A stretch of DNA of 32,000 nucleotides. Origin: Coprobacillaceae bacterium. Lineage in GTDB: Bacteria; Bacillota_I; Bacilli_A; Erysipelotrichales; Coprobacillaceae. The notes beneath the pieces were generated by a model. That model was not told the DNA's origin, ran no database searches, and saw nothing but the letters and a program-made list of their open reading frames with translations. The first letter of the stretch is position 1; every line of letters starts with the position of its first letter. Where the stretch lies: assembly GCA_963675915.1 (NCBI GenBank), contig OY780959.1:2160001-2192000 (forward strand). Reading direction: 5' to 3'. The translations under genes were made by a program, and so were the position numbers. Positions 9,237 through 17,759 of this stretch are shown in pieces.

Positions 9237-10115
9237 ATGGCAGATAAATTAATCAGAGGATTATCAAACAATCATAATTGTCGACTTTTCGCAATCGATT
9301 CGACTGAGTTGACGGAAGTAGCCCGACAAAAACACGGACTTTGGCCAACCGCTTCCGCATCTTTGGGAAGGCTAATGGCTATCACCCTGATCATGGGGGC
9401 GATGAATAAAACCAAAGACAAAATAACAGTCAATATCAATGGAGGCGGGCCAATCGGAACAATGATGGCAGTTACCAACAGTGATGGCAAAGTCAAAGGC
9501 TTTGTCGGAAATCCCCAAGTTCATTACCAATACAATGATACTGGAAAACTTGCGGTTGGTGTAGCGGTCGGAAAAGCCGGTTATCTTCAAATAATCAGAG
9601 ATATGGGATTGAAAGAACCGTTTGTCGGTAATGTTCCGCTGCAAACAGGAGAAATCGGTGATGATTTCGCTTATTACTTCATGGTAAGTGAGCAAGTCCC
9701 TTCGGTTGTTTCACTGGGGGTTTTGGTTAATGACACCAATGAGATTCTTAGTGCCGGCGGTTTTGTGATCCAGTTATTACCGGAAGCAACTGAAGAGGAT
9801 ATCGTCTATATCGAGAACAAAATGAAGGATTTCCCGACGGTTTCCACTTTGCTTCATGAAGGAAAAACACCAGAAGATATGTTGAAAATGCTATTTGATG
9901 ATGTCGAAATCCTGGCCGAGATTCCAGTATCATTTGAATGCGACTGTTCTAGAGAAAAGATGGAGGAAGCTTTGCTTTCGGTTGGTCAGGATGAATTGCA
10001 AGATATGATTGAAACTGATCACGGAGCTGAAATAACTTGTCAATTCTGTTCGACCAGATACACATTTGACGAGGATGAATTGAAAGAGTTGGCGAGCCGC
10101 GAGAAAGATGTTTAA
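9237..10115 (+). CDS. hslO: Hsp33 redox-regulated chaperone
   Basis: [10 protein letters not shown]..., with the C-terminal zinc centre CDCS...CQFC (CxC...CxxC). ATG 9237 is preferred over the TTG at 9225 in the ORF track. Confidence 0.9.
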   Translation: MADKLIRGLSNNHNCRLFAIDSTELTEVARQKHGLWPTASASLGRLMAITLIMGAMNKTKDKITVNINGGGPIGTMMAVTNSDGKVKGFVGNPQVHYQYNDTGKLAVGVAVGKAGYLQIIRDMGLKEPFVGNVPLQTGEIGDDFAYYFMVSEQVPSVVSLGVLVNDTNEILSAGGFVIQLLPEATEEDIVYIENKMKDFPTVSTLLHEGKTPEDMLKMLFDDVEILAEIPVSFECDCSREKMEEALLSVGQDELQDMIETDHGAEITCQFCSTRYTFDEDELKELASREKDV

Positions 10116-11094
10116 AATAGGTAATATTGAAATCAAGAATGACGTTGTGATGGCCCCTCTGGCTGGAATCACCAACGTTGCATTCAGAAGTATCATCAAG
10201 GAGTTTGGGGTCGGCCTGGTAGTTTCCGAACTGATCAGCGACAAGGCAATATATTATGGAAACGAGAAAACTTTGGCGATGCTCGAAGTCCATGAAAATG
10301 AACATCCGATGGCGTTACAGCTGTTTGGAAGTGATGTCGAAACCATGGTGTATGCCGCCAAGTATTTGGATACCAAAACCGACTGCGACATAATTGATAT
10401 TAACATGGGATGTCCGGTAAACAAAGTTGTTAAAACCGGCGCTGGGAGTGCTTTGATGACTACTCCTGATTTGGCCTATGAAATCGTCAAGGGTATTGTC
10501 GATAATGTTGAAAAGCCAGTTACGGTGAAAATCCGCAAGGGATTCGACAGCGAACATGTCAATGCGGTTGAAATAGCGAAACTTTGCGAAAAAGCCGGAG
10601 CCAAGATGATTGCCGTTCATGGAAGGACCAGAACCCAGATGTATGAAGGCCAAGCTGATTGGTCAATCATCAAGGAAGTCAAAGATGCGGTCAGCATCCC
10701 GGTAATTGGAAATGGCGATATCCGGACTGTGCAGGACGCCCTGGATATGAAAGAACAGACCGGATGTGATGCGGTCATGATCGGTCGAGGCGCTTTGGGT
10801 AATCCTTGGCTTTTGAAACAAACGGTTGACGCATTCAATGGTATTTTGCCTGACGATGATGAAATCGGAGTCGAACAACGGATTGAACAGTGTCTCAAAC
10901 ACGCCCGCAGGCTGATGAAAATCATGCCTGAGAAAGTGGCAATCAGTCAGATGCGCGGTCACGGCCCGTGGTATATCAAAGGTCTGCCGAGTTCTTCACA
11001 TTATAAAAATGAGTTGGCCAAAATAGATACCTATGAGCAACTTGAATATATTTTGGAAGAGTATCGCAAATATTTACATAATATTGATAAATAA
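10108..11094 (+). CDS. dusB: tRNA-dihydrouridine synthase
   Basis: 8-nt overlap with hsl[11 protein letters not shown]..., DINMGCP and HGRTR motifs. 328 aa. Confidence 0.92.
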   Translation: MFKIGNIEIKNDVVMAPLAGITNVAFRSIIKEFGVGLVVSELISDKAIYYGNEKTLAMLEVHENEHPMALQLFGSDVETMVYAAKYLDTKTDCDIIDINMGCPVNKVVKTGAGSALMTTPDLAYEIVKGIVDNVEKPVTVKIRKGFDSEHVNAVEIAKLCEKAGAKMIAVHGRTRTQMYEGQADWSIIKEVKDAVSIPVIGNGDIRTVQDALDMKEQTGCDAVMIGRGALGNPWLLKQTVDAFNGILPDDDEIGVEQRIEQCLKHARRLMKIMPEKVAISQMRGHGPWYIKGLPSSSHYKNELAKIDTYEQLEYILEEYRKYLHNIDK

Positions 11095-11099
11095 TAATC

Positions 11100-11150
11100 A
11101 AGACCCGAAAGGCTTAAATTTATGCCTTATTATCCGGGTCTTTTTGTTTT
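11100..11150 (+). terminator. intrinsic terminator after dusB
   Basis: Outer stem AAGACCCG/CGGGTCTT, inner stem AAGGC/GCCTT, then a long T-run. Confidence 0.8.
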
Positions 11151-11258
11151 TTTTTGCCATAAAGCAATTATGGTTAAGGACATATAACCAATATACCTTG
11201 GAATTAGGAAAAAAAGCGCTTAATTTGAAGATAAATCTAAAAAATTCGGGATATGCGG

Positions 11259-11287
11259 TTGAATTGAATTAGGGTCTTCGTTATAAT
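11259..11287 (+). promoter_or_regulatory. putative promoter of the FNT transporter gene
   Basis: TTGAAT (11259-11264), 17-nt spacer, TATAAT (11282-11287). Confidence 0.5.
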
Positions 11288-11318
11288 AGGGTGAAATTAC
11301 AAATTTGGAGGAAGTATT

Positions 11319-12074
11319 GTGGATTTTGAATTATTAAATAACATGGGACTTAGCAAGTTTAAAATGTGTAATGAAGATGTTCGCCGTTTCTTTGTAAGAA
11401 GTGTTGCGGCCGGGATGTATCTGGGCTTGGCTACATACTTAAGTTATACATTGGCTTGTCTGCTTTATCCTCAAAATGCAGTTTATGCTAAATTTGCCTT
11501 AGCGGGAAGTTTTGGTATCGGACTGGTGTTAATAGCAATGTTGGGGGCTGAATTATTCACTGGAAACTGTTTCGTTTCAATCATTCCAGTTTATCATGGG
11601 GAACTAAAATTCTATCAAATCTTGAAGATGTGGGGAATTTGCTATGTCGGAAACTTTGTAGGAATTGCAACTATCTGTCTATTGTTTGTCTTCAGCGGTG
11701 CCAATCATGCAGCGTTGAATGATTATGTGCAACCGGTAATTCAGCATAAATTGGAATTTGAACCATTGCAATTGCTAGTAAAAGGGACTTTATGTAACTT
11801 CACTGTGTGTTGTGCTTCATTTGCCGGTTACAAAACCAAAAACGATCTTGCCAAAACAGTACTCACATTGATCGTGGTTATGGCTTTCGTATTACCTGGA
11901 TTTGAGCATAGTATCGCAAACATGGGGTCAGTTACAATGGGATTCGCATTAAATGCACCAATGAATCCATTGACACTTCTGGCACACTTTGGTATTACAA
12001 CTTTAGGAAATGCAATCGGTGGAGCTGTATTGCTCGGATATCCGGTTTACAATGTAATTAAACCTGCAAAATAA
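11319..12074 (+). CDS. formate/nitrite transporter (FNT) family channel
   Basis: GTG start 7 nt after GGAGG. 251 aa and polytopic. LFTGN (central constriction region) and FEHSIANM motifs characteristic of FocA/NirC-type channels. Confidence 0.85.
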   Translation: MDFELLNNMGLSKFKMCNEDVRRFFVRSVAAGMYLGLATYLSYTLACLLYPQNAVYAKFALAGSFGIGLVLIAMLGAELFTGNCFVSIIPVYHGELKFYQILKMWGICYVGNFVGIATICLLFVFSGANHAALNDYVQPVIQHKLEFEPLQLLVKGTLCNFTVCCASFAGYKTKNDLAKTVLTLIVVMAFVLPGFEHSIANMGSVTMGFALNAPMNPLTLLAHFGITTLGNAIGGAVLLGYPVYNVIKPAK

Positions 12075-12101
12075 AAAATAGTGCTTTGGGCACTATTTTT
12101 T
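12073..12101. terminator. bidirectional terminator shared by the FNT gene and the convergent XRE gene
   Basis: A6, stem ATAGTGC/GCACTAT with loop TTTGG, then T6. Confidence 0.8.
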
Positions 12102-12441
12102 ATTTGCGTTCATAATTATCGGAAAGTCTTCTGAATTCCAAGGTATATGCGTCCACTTTTTTAATCAATTCCAGATATAATTGTTCGACTCCTAACTCTT
12201 CTCGAACTTCCTGTTTGGGTAAATTGATAAAATCGGATAAAAGCGAATTTGGATCAATTCCAAATGCATTGCAGATTTTAACCAGATTAGCGACCGACAG
12301 ATCGCAATCACCGATTTCAATCCGATTATACGTTGACCGCGGTATGTCGCATACCCTCGCTGCTATTGATATATTGTAGCCCTTGCTTTTTCTGATTGAA
12401 GTTATTTTCTTACCGACAAATGTCATTTCGTTACAATTCAT
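12100..12441 (-). CDS. XRE-family helix-turn-helix transcriptional regulator
   Basis: HTH_3-like sequence ITSIRKSKGYNISIAARVCDIPRSTYNRIEIGDCDLSVANLVKICNAFG. The start is uncertain (ATG at 12441 or 12426, TTG at 12465 in the ORF track) and there is no clear RBS. Confidence 0.7.
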   Translation of the reverse strand: MNCNEMTFVGKKITSIRKSKGYNISIAARVCDIPRSTYNRIEIGDCDLSVANLVKICNAFGIDPNSLLSDFINLPKQEVREELGVEQLYLELIKKVDAYTLEFRRLSDNYERK

Positions 12442-12566
12442 AACTATATTATTCCACAAAACCAAACCACAATAAACCGATTATCGGAAAATTTAGTTTA
12501 TCTAAAGTATTTCTTAACTTTATATTTAGAATTAAGATGCTATAATGATGCTAAAGGAGAATTGTT

Positions 12567-13208
12567 ATGGAAGTTAATGAAACATTTGTAAAAAATTTAC
12601 TCGAAGAACTTGGAGATAAGGTGCTGGTTGCGGCCACTAAATATGTCGGAATCGACGAAATAAATGCCTTGGAAAAGTTGGGAGTCACGCATTTTGGGGA
12701 AAATCGTGTTCAGGCATTGCTTGAAAAATATGAGCAATACCAGGGTCAGGGAACATTTGAATTTATCGGAACTCTCCAAAGCAACAAGGTCAAATACATT
12801 ATTGATAAAGTCAGTCTGATTCATTCGATTGATAAGGAAAAATTACTTAAGGAAGTAAATAAGCAAGCGAAAAAACATGATTTGGTGATGGATGTCTTGA
12901 TTCAGGTCAATGTTGCCAGAGAAGAAAGCAAGCACGGTTTTGATGAAGAAGAGATTGATGAATTATTTGCTCGGATTGACCAGTATGAGAATGTCAGAGT
13001 CAGAGGGCTGATGATGATGGCCCCAAATATCGATCCCGGTGAAACGGTAGGGTTCTTTGCCAAAACCCAGGAGTTGCTGAATTCACTTAATCATAAATTC
13101 AATCTGGAAATGACTGAACTTTCAATGGGAATGTCTAATGATTACCAAGAGGCGCTGCAAAACGGTGCTACCAGAATCAGAATTGGTAGTGCACTGTTTT
13201 CAGAATAA
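12567..13208 (+). CDS. yggS: YggS/YlmE-family pyridoxal-phosphate homeostasis protein
   Basis: 213 aa. LVAATKYV (PLP lysine), FGENRVQ, HFIG-like FEFIGTLQSNK and RIGSALF motifs. RBS AAAGGAG. Confidence 0.9.
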   Translation: MEVNETFVKNLLEELGDKVLVAATKYVGIDEINALEKLGVTHFGENRVQALLEKYEQYQGQGTFEFIGTLQSNKVKYIIDKVSLIHSIDKEKLLKEVNKQAKKHDLVMDVLIQVNVAREESKHGFDEEEIDELFARIDQYENVRVRGLMMMAPNIDPGETVGFFAKTQELLNSLNHKFNLEMTELSMGMSNDYQEALQNGATRIRIGSALFSE

Positions 13209-13235
13209 TAACCCGTTTGGCTAACTGGGGATTTT

Positions 13236-13268
13236 ACTAGAAAAGACAAGTTTCTTTTCTAGTTTTTT
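13236..13268 (+). terminator. intrinsic terminator after yggS
   Basis: 10-bp stem ACTAGAAAAG/CTTTTCTAGT, 8-nt loop, T-run. Confidence 0.8.
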
Positions 13269-13362
13269 GATTGTGGTGATTGGGTTGTAAACTGACAAAA
13301 ACCACGGTACAATTAATACATGGGGATTTATATATTACATTTATATGACGGGAGGGATACTA

Positions 13363-14718
13363 ATGCGTGAATTACTGGCTCAAATCCGTAATGCGTTCAA
13401 GGTTCAAAATGATATCGTGTCGTATGGTGATATCGAGAGAGATATTCTTGAAGGGATCCAGATTGGAGGTACCAATCTGATTATCCTGGTAGTTGCCATT
13501 TTCATCGCTTCGATCGGACTTAATGTCAATTCCACTGCGGTAGTGATTGGGGCAATGTTGATCAGTCCGCTGATGGGGAACATCATTGCAATCGGATATG
13601 GAATTGCCATTGGGGACTATTCGGTAACCCGAAGAGGTTTGACTGGATTTGGTTTTCAGGTAATATTCTCGATTGTGGCGTCGACCATCTATTTTATTTT
13701 GACACCGATTGATTACGCCAGTTCGGAACTGTTGGCAAGAACATCTCCAACACTTTTCGATCTTTTGATTGCAATTTTCGGTGGTGTCGCGGCAATCATC
13801 GGAATCGCCCGAAAATCAAAGGGAAATGTTATCCCTGGAGTTGCCATCGCGACTGCGCTGATGCCGCCGCTATGCACGGCCGGATATGGACTTGGAACCG
13901 GTAATTTCCGATATTTTTTTGGAGCGATGTATCTTTTCTCGATGAATGCAATCTATATCATCGTCGCAACTATCATGGTATCCAAATTTTTGAGACTGCC
14001 TTACAAGGTGTACGAAACCAATTATTTACGACGGAAGAAAATCAGAAATACAATAATTGCGGCCAGTATTGCGGCCGTTCCAAGTGTATATCTGGCGATT
14101 GATATTGTCGGTGAAAACAATATCCAATCAAATATCAACCGTTATGTCCGGGATGTTTTTGATTTTTCCGACACCCAGGTAGTCTACAGCAACAGTGATT
14201 TGGAAAATATGGATATCGAGATTGCCCTGCTGGGGGAAAGAATCGATGAAGATCAGATTGAATACCTGATTGAACAAAAGTCCAAATATGACCTTGATAA
14301 TCTGGAAGTGAACATCACTCAGGTTGAAGTACCTGAGGGGATTACCCAACAGGAAATTGAAGAAATCATGCAAAATGCCAATGAATCACAGACGGAAGTG
14401 GAAACAAAAATTGCTCTTAGCGAACAGCAGATTGCCACGCTTACAGAAAAAATCGGAGCACTTGAGGACCAAATCGATAAATTAGAATATGCCGATTCAA
14501 ATATCGCCGAAATCGGGAATGAAGTTAAGGCCCTATATCCCAATATCGCTGATGTCGAAATTACAATTGTGGCCGATAGTGAAGTTGTGACCGAAGTCAG
14601 TCTGAAGATAGCAAGTTCCATAAGTCTGACAGCTGACGAAACAGCCCAACTGGAGGGTTATCTTAAAACTCGTTTAGGGGTGGAAACTGTGAATTTGTCT
14701 TATGTAGGGGAGGAATAA
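13363..14718 (+). CDS. DUF389-family integral membrane protein with an acidic coiled-coil C-terminal tail
   Basis: RBS GGAGGG 6 nt before ATG 13363. The N-terminal half is polytopic (IGAMLISPLMGNI, ATALMPPLCTAGYGLG), typical of DUF389. The C-terminal ~200 aa are hydrophilic, E/D-rich and heptad-like. Confidence 0.75.
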   Translation: MRELLAQIRNAFKVQNDIVSYGDIERDILEGIQIGGTNLIILVVAIFIASIGLNVNSTAVVIGAMLISPLMGNIIAIGYGIAIGDYSVTRRGLTGFGFQVIFSIVASTIYFILTPIDYASSELLARTSPTLFDLLIAIFGGVAAIIGIARKSKGNVIPGVAIATALMPPLCTAGYGLGTGNFRYFFGAMYLFSMNAIYIIVATIMVSKFLRLPYKVYETNYLRRKKIRNTIIAASIAAVPSVYLAIDIVGENNIQSNINRYVRDVFDFSDTQVVYSNSDLENMDIEIALLGERIDEDQIEYLIEQKSKYDLDNLEVNITQVEVPEGITQQEIEEIMQNANESQTEVETKIALSEQQIATLTEKIGALEDQIDKLEYADSNIAEIGNEVKALYPNIADVEITIVADSEVVTEVSLKIASSISLTADETAQLEGYLKTRLGVETVNLSYVGEE

Positions 14719-14720
14719 AC

Positions 14721-15014
14721 ATGTTAAAAAGATATACAATGTGGAAAATAACCGATGATGTAACCGATCGGGATTTGTTGATGCATAATCTCGATTATAA
14801 TCTCAAGGCGCTTGTTGGTGTAGCCGAAGGACTGGAATCGGTCAAGCTTGTCAAAGGTCTGACTGGGACATCTCATGATATCATGATTGTAAGTGAGTTT
14901 GATGATGAGATTGCTTTAGCTAATTTCAAGGCGGATATTGCTTATAATATTTTTGCCCAAGTTTATATTCAGGGTAATCTTATCAATCCGTCGATATTGA
15001 TGTTGGAGGAATAG
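14721..15014 (+). CDS. Dabb (stress-responsive alpha/beta-barrel) domain protein
   Basis: 97 aa with RBS GGGGAGGA. The pattern ...VKLVKGLTGTSHDIMIVSEFDDEIALANF... fits the Dabb fold family. The assignment is moderate. Confidence 0.55.
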   Translation: MLKRYTMWKITDDVTDRDLLMHNLDYNLKALVGVAEGLESVKLVKGLTGTSHDIMIVSEFDDEIALANFKADIAYNIFAQVYIQGNLINPSILMLEE

Positions 15015-15800
15015 ATGAAAGTAGAACATATTGAGATTCATAACGAGAATTCCTTGAATTCCGATGCAACTGGATATTTCCTGGATTTTAATGAGCGCTT
15101 GCCTCATTCTGCAAGTCGACCGGTAGTTCTTATTGCGCCAGGAGGCGGCTATGGTAAGGTGGCTTTCAAAGAAGGAGAGCCGATTGCCTTGAAATTCAAT
15201 TCAATCGGATATCATGCGATAGTCTTGAATTATTCGGTTTTTCCGGCAGCCTATCCAACTGCCCTCAGGGAAGTCGACAATTTATACCGGTGGGTAGTTG
15301 ATAACGGGAAATCAAACAATATCGATCTTGAGCGCATCTATCTGTGTGGTTTTTCGGCTGGCGGTCACCTGATGGCCAATTATGCCATCGAGTACGAGCG
15401 TCTGTTTCTAAACAAGAACAGGATCAAGGGCATGATTCTTGGCTATCCGGTCATAACGGCGGGACAATACCGCCATGAAGGTTCGTTTGACAACCTGATT
15501 CAAAGCAATTTCGATTTGCTTAAAGACAATGTTTCGATTGAAGAAAACATCACAGCTGCTTTTCCCAAGACATTTGTTTTTGCAACCTATGACGATAAGA
15601 CGGTTTCGGTTAAAAATACCGTCCTGCTTGTCGATCGCCTGATTGACGCCGGGGTAGAGGTGGAGTCGCATATCTTCAAAAAAGGAGTGCACGGATTGGC
15701 CCTGGCTGATGAAGTAACGATGACGGATGATGACTATTTGAACAGGTCGGTTGCAGTATGGTTCAGCCTGTTGGAAAACTGGTTAGGCAGTCTAACTTGA
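15015..15800 (+). CDS. alpha/beta-hydrolase fold esterase/lipase
   Basis: ATG abuts the Dabb stop. HGGG-like PGGGY oxyanion region, nucleophile elbow GFSAGGH, and a C-terminal GVHG (His). Confidence 0.8.
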   Translation: MKVEHIEIHNENSLNSDATGYFLDFNERLPHSASRPVVLIAPGGGYGKVAFKEGEPIALKFNSIGYHAIVLNYSVFPAAYPTALREVDNLYRWVVDNGKSNNIDLERIYLCGFSAGGHLMANYAIEYERLFLNKNRIKGMILGYPVITAGQYRHEGSFDNLIQSNFDLLKDNVSIEENITAAFPKTFVFATYDDKTVSVKNTVLLVDRLIDAGVEVESHIFKKGVHGLALADEVTMTDDDYLNRSVAVWFSLLENWLGSLT

Positions 15801-15861
15801 AAACAGGCTATTAACCATGTAGAATTATCATAGACTCAAATATATTTTAAAGGAGAAAATT

Positions 15862-16371
15862 ATGGGATTAAAGAAAATCAGGATTGAAGAATTGCAGTTC
15901 AATCCAATGACTATGATTGCCAATGAATGGATGTTGATAACTGCAGGTGATCAGGAAAAAGGATGTAATACGATGACTGCTTCTTGGGGTCATTTGGGGG
16001 CAATCTGGGGTAAAATGACAGCCACTATCTATATCCGTCCGCAAAGATATACCAAGGAGTTTGTCGATAATTCCGACTATTTCACCTTGAGTGTGTTAGA
16101 TGGATCATTCAAAAAGGAACTGGGTTATCTTGGCCGCGTATCGGGTCGGGATGAAGACAAAATCAAGGAAACCGGTTTGACGCCTGTTTATCAAAACGGT
16201 ACTACCTATTTTGAGGAAGCTAAATTGGTATTCGTCTGCAAAAAACTATATCGTGCACCGATCAAAGAAGAAGGCTTTGTTGATGAAACACTGATTGACA
16301 GTTATTATCCCAAAAAAGATTATCACGACATGTATGTTGGTGAAATTGTGGAGGTTCTGGTCAAAGAATAA
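15862..16371 (+). CDS. flavin reductase-like (FMN-binding split-barrel) protein
   Basis: 169 aa with RBS AAGGAG. The NTMTASWG motif region is typical of the flavin_reduct family. Confidence 0.7.
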   Translation: MGLKKIRIEELQFNPMTMIANEWMLITAGDQEKGCNTMTASWGHLGAIWGKMTATIYIRPQRYTKEFVDNSDYFTLSVLDGSFKKELGYLGRVSGRDEDKIKETGLTPVYQNGTTYFEEAKLVFVCKKLYRAPIKEEGFVDETLIDSYYPKKDYHDMYVGEIVEVLVKE

Positions 16372-16385
16372 AATAATGCGAAAGA

Positions 16386-16441
16386 AAAAGAGCTTCGGAT
16401 CTTGGTAAGATAAATCTTACCGTTCCCGGATGCTCTTTTTT
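16386..16441. terminator. bidirectional terminator between convergent genes
   Basis: Outer stem AAAAGAGC/GCTCTTTT and inner 7-bp stem GGTAAGA/TCTTACC, with A- and T-runs on both sides. Confidence 0.7.
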
Positions 16442-16448
16442 TAGATTA

Positions 16449-17126
16449 CTATATTTTCTTGATTCTTACACATGTTCCCACGAAGGTAACCCCGATCATA
16501 TCATTCTCAAAGTTGATATGTTGAACCTGGATACCGATAATGGCGTTTCCTCCCAGACAGATTGATTTCAGGATAGCTCGTTCCTGGGCTGCTTTTTTGG
16601 CAGTGTTCAATTTTTGGGCGAACATATTGGATTCAGTTGAAAAAAAGTCGTCACTGTCAATTGTTATTGCTGTCAAAAATCCGGTTCCCAAAACGGATTC
16701 GCCGCTGACGATATCGATATAGCGTTCGATTGTATAACCCTCAAAGTCGTGACCGGTAGTCAACATGTGGTCCTCAATCAAATCATGATATTTTCCGACA
16801 CTATAGTCACTGAGAATTTTGTCGAATTTTTGATTCTCAATTGTGTGATTTTCACACTTCAAAAGTGCTTCACGCTGTTGTTCAAAGTAAATGTTGATAT
16901 CTTCGAACACGTCCTTGGGGTAATTCAGTTCCAAGAGCTCGTGATTGACATCGTTCCAGTTATCAATCAGCCCCTCCATATTTTCATAAGCGCAGGTCTT
17001 GGTGAGTTTGGTCAATTTTTCATAGCAATCATCACAAAGGACAGTTTTCAACCCGAAGGCTGTTGAATGATTTCCGTGATCGGAAATTTTACTTTGACAT
17101 ACCGAACATATTATTTTCGTACTCAT
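16449..17126 (-). CDS. zinc-ribbon N-terminal domain fused to a YbjQ/UPF0145 (putative heavy-metal-binding) domain
   Basis: 225 aa. N-terminus CSVCQS...x..CDDC (two CxxC pairs). The C-terminal ~105 aa (MLTTGHDFEGYTIERYIDIVSGESV...AKKAAQERAILKSICLGGNAIIG) match the YbjQ_1 family pattern. Confidence 0.7.
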   Translation of the reverse strand: MSTKIICSVCQSKISDHGNHSTAFGLKTVLCDDCYEKLTKLTKTCAYENMEGLIDNWNDVNHELLELNYPKDVFEDINIYFEQQREALLKCENHTIENQKFDKILSDYSVGKYHDLIEDHMLTTGHDFEGYTIERYIDIVSGESVLGTGFLTAITIDSDDFFSTESNMFAQKLNTAKKAAQERAILKSICLGGNAIIGIQVQHINFENDMIGVTFVGTCVRIKKI

Positions 17127-17322
17127 AATTATAATCCCTTTCCTGAAAATTTTAAAAAAGTCACTGGGTGGCTGCCAAGGGCAGGCTTAGTAACTTGATA
17201 ACTTAATTATATCTTATTTCATGCCCAAATGCCACCGAAGTTGTTAATAACTGGGTAAGTATGACTTTCACTCATTAATTTGGGTATAAAGTGGCTGTTT
17301 TAGCGGAATCTAGCTCTTATTG

Positions 17323-17351
17323 TTGCGACTTGGTCGTAGTTATAATATAAT
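17323..17351 (+). promoter_or_regulatory. promoter of the redoxin gene (duplicated at 19683-19711)
   Basis: TTGCGA (17323-17328), 17-nt spacer, TATAAT (17346-17351). Confidence 0.6.
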
Positions 17352-17368
17352 GATAAAAAGTTTTCGAT

Positions 17369-17386
17369 ATAATAATATGTTATTAT
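17369..17386 (+). promoter_or_regulatory. 7-4-7 AT-rich inverted repeat (possible operator) between the promoter and RBS; second copy at 19729-19746
   Basis: ATAATAA-tatg-TTATTAT, a perfect inverted repeat at about +10 to +28 relative to the predicted start. Confidence 0.3.
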
Positions 17387-17411
17387 CGGATGGGAAAGAA
17401 GAGGAAAATTA

Positions 17412-17759
17412 ATGTCAAAATTATATGTTAAGGATAAGATGCCAAATTTTGTTTTCAACACCGCTTATGAAAGCGATAAACAGCTTCATGAAGTTTTATC
17501 GGGCAAAACGGTGTTTTGGGTGATTCGCTATATTGGCTGTACTGACTGCCGTTATGATGTTCACCTGTTGGCAAATAACTATGAAAAAATCAAGGCTAAG
17601 GGCGCTCAGGTTTTTGTAGTTATGCAAAGTGATCAGCAGCATGTCCAAGAAGATTTAAAAGAGTTCAAGCTGCCTTTTGGCGTTTTTATTTTGTCAAATT
17701 TATTGAATATTTTTGTAGTACTTTATAGTACTTTGTGGTATGATGTATGTAAGGGGTGA
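17412..17759 (+). pseudogene. 5' fragment of the redoxin/peroxiredoxin-like gene, truncated by the IS and fused to 26 IS-encoded codons
   Basis: The first 89 codons equal those of the intact copy at 19772, apart from V44D. The reading frame then continues into the IS left end and stops at TGA 17757-17759. Confidence 0.85.

Larger units (their letters stand above)
17206..17679 (+). repeat. left copy of the 474-bp direct repeat flanking the IS (long target duplication)
   Basis: Base-for-base identical to 19566-20039 (offset 2360) except A17545 versus T19905. Confidence 0.95.

Noticed and set aside
12444-12456. TTATTCCACAAA, a near-match to a DnaA box (TTATCCACA), with dnaB at the window start
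   Set aside because: It is a single one-mismatch site with no cluster of boxes and no adjacent AT-rich unwinding element. It is not an origin signature.
17412-17759. Possibility that the two redoxin 5' regions represent paralogous genes or an assembly duplication rather than a target duplication
   Set aside because: The identity extends 206 bp upstream of the start codon into non-coding DNA and stops exactly at both IS junctions, which fits transposition-associated duplication. An assembly artefact cannot be excluded without reads, so this is listed as a check under the finding.
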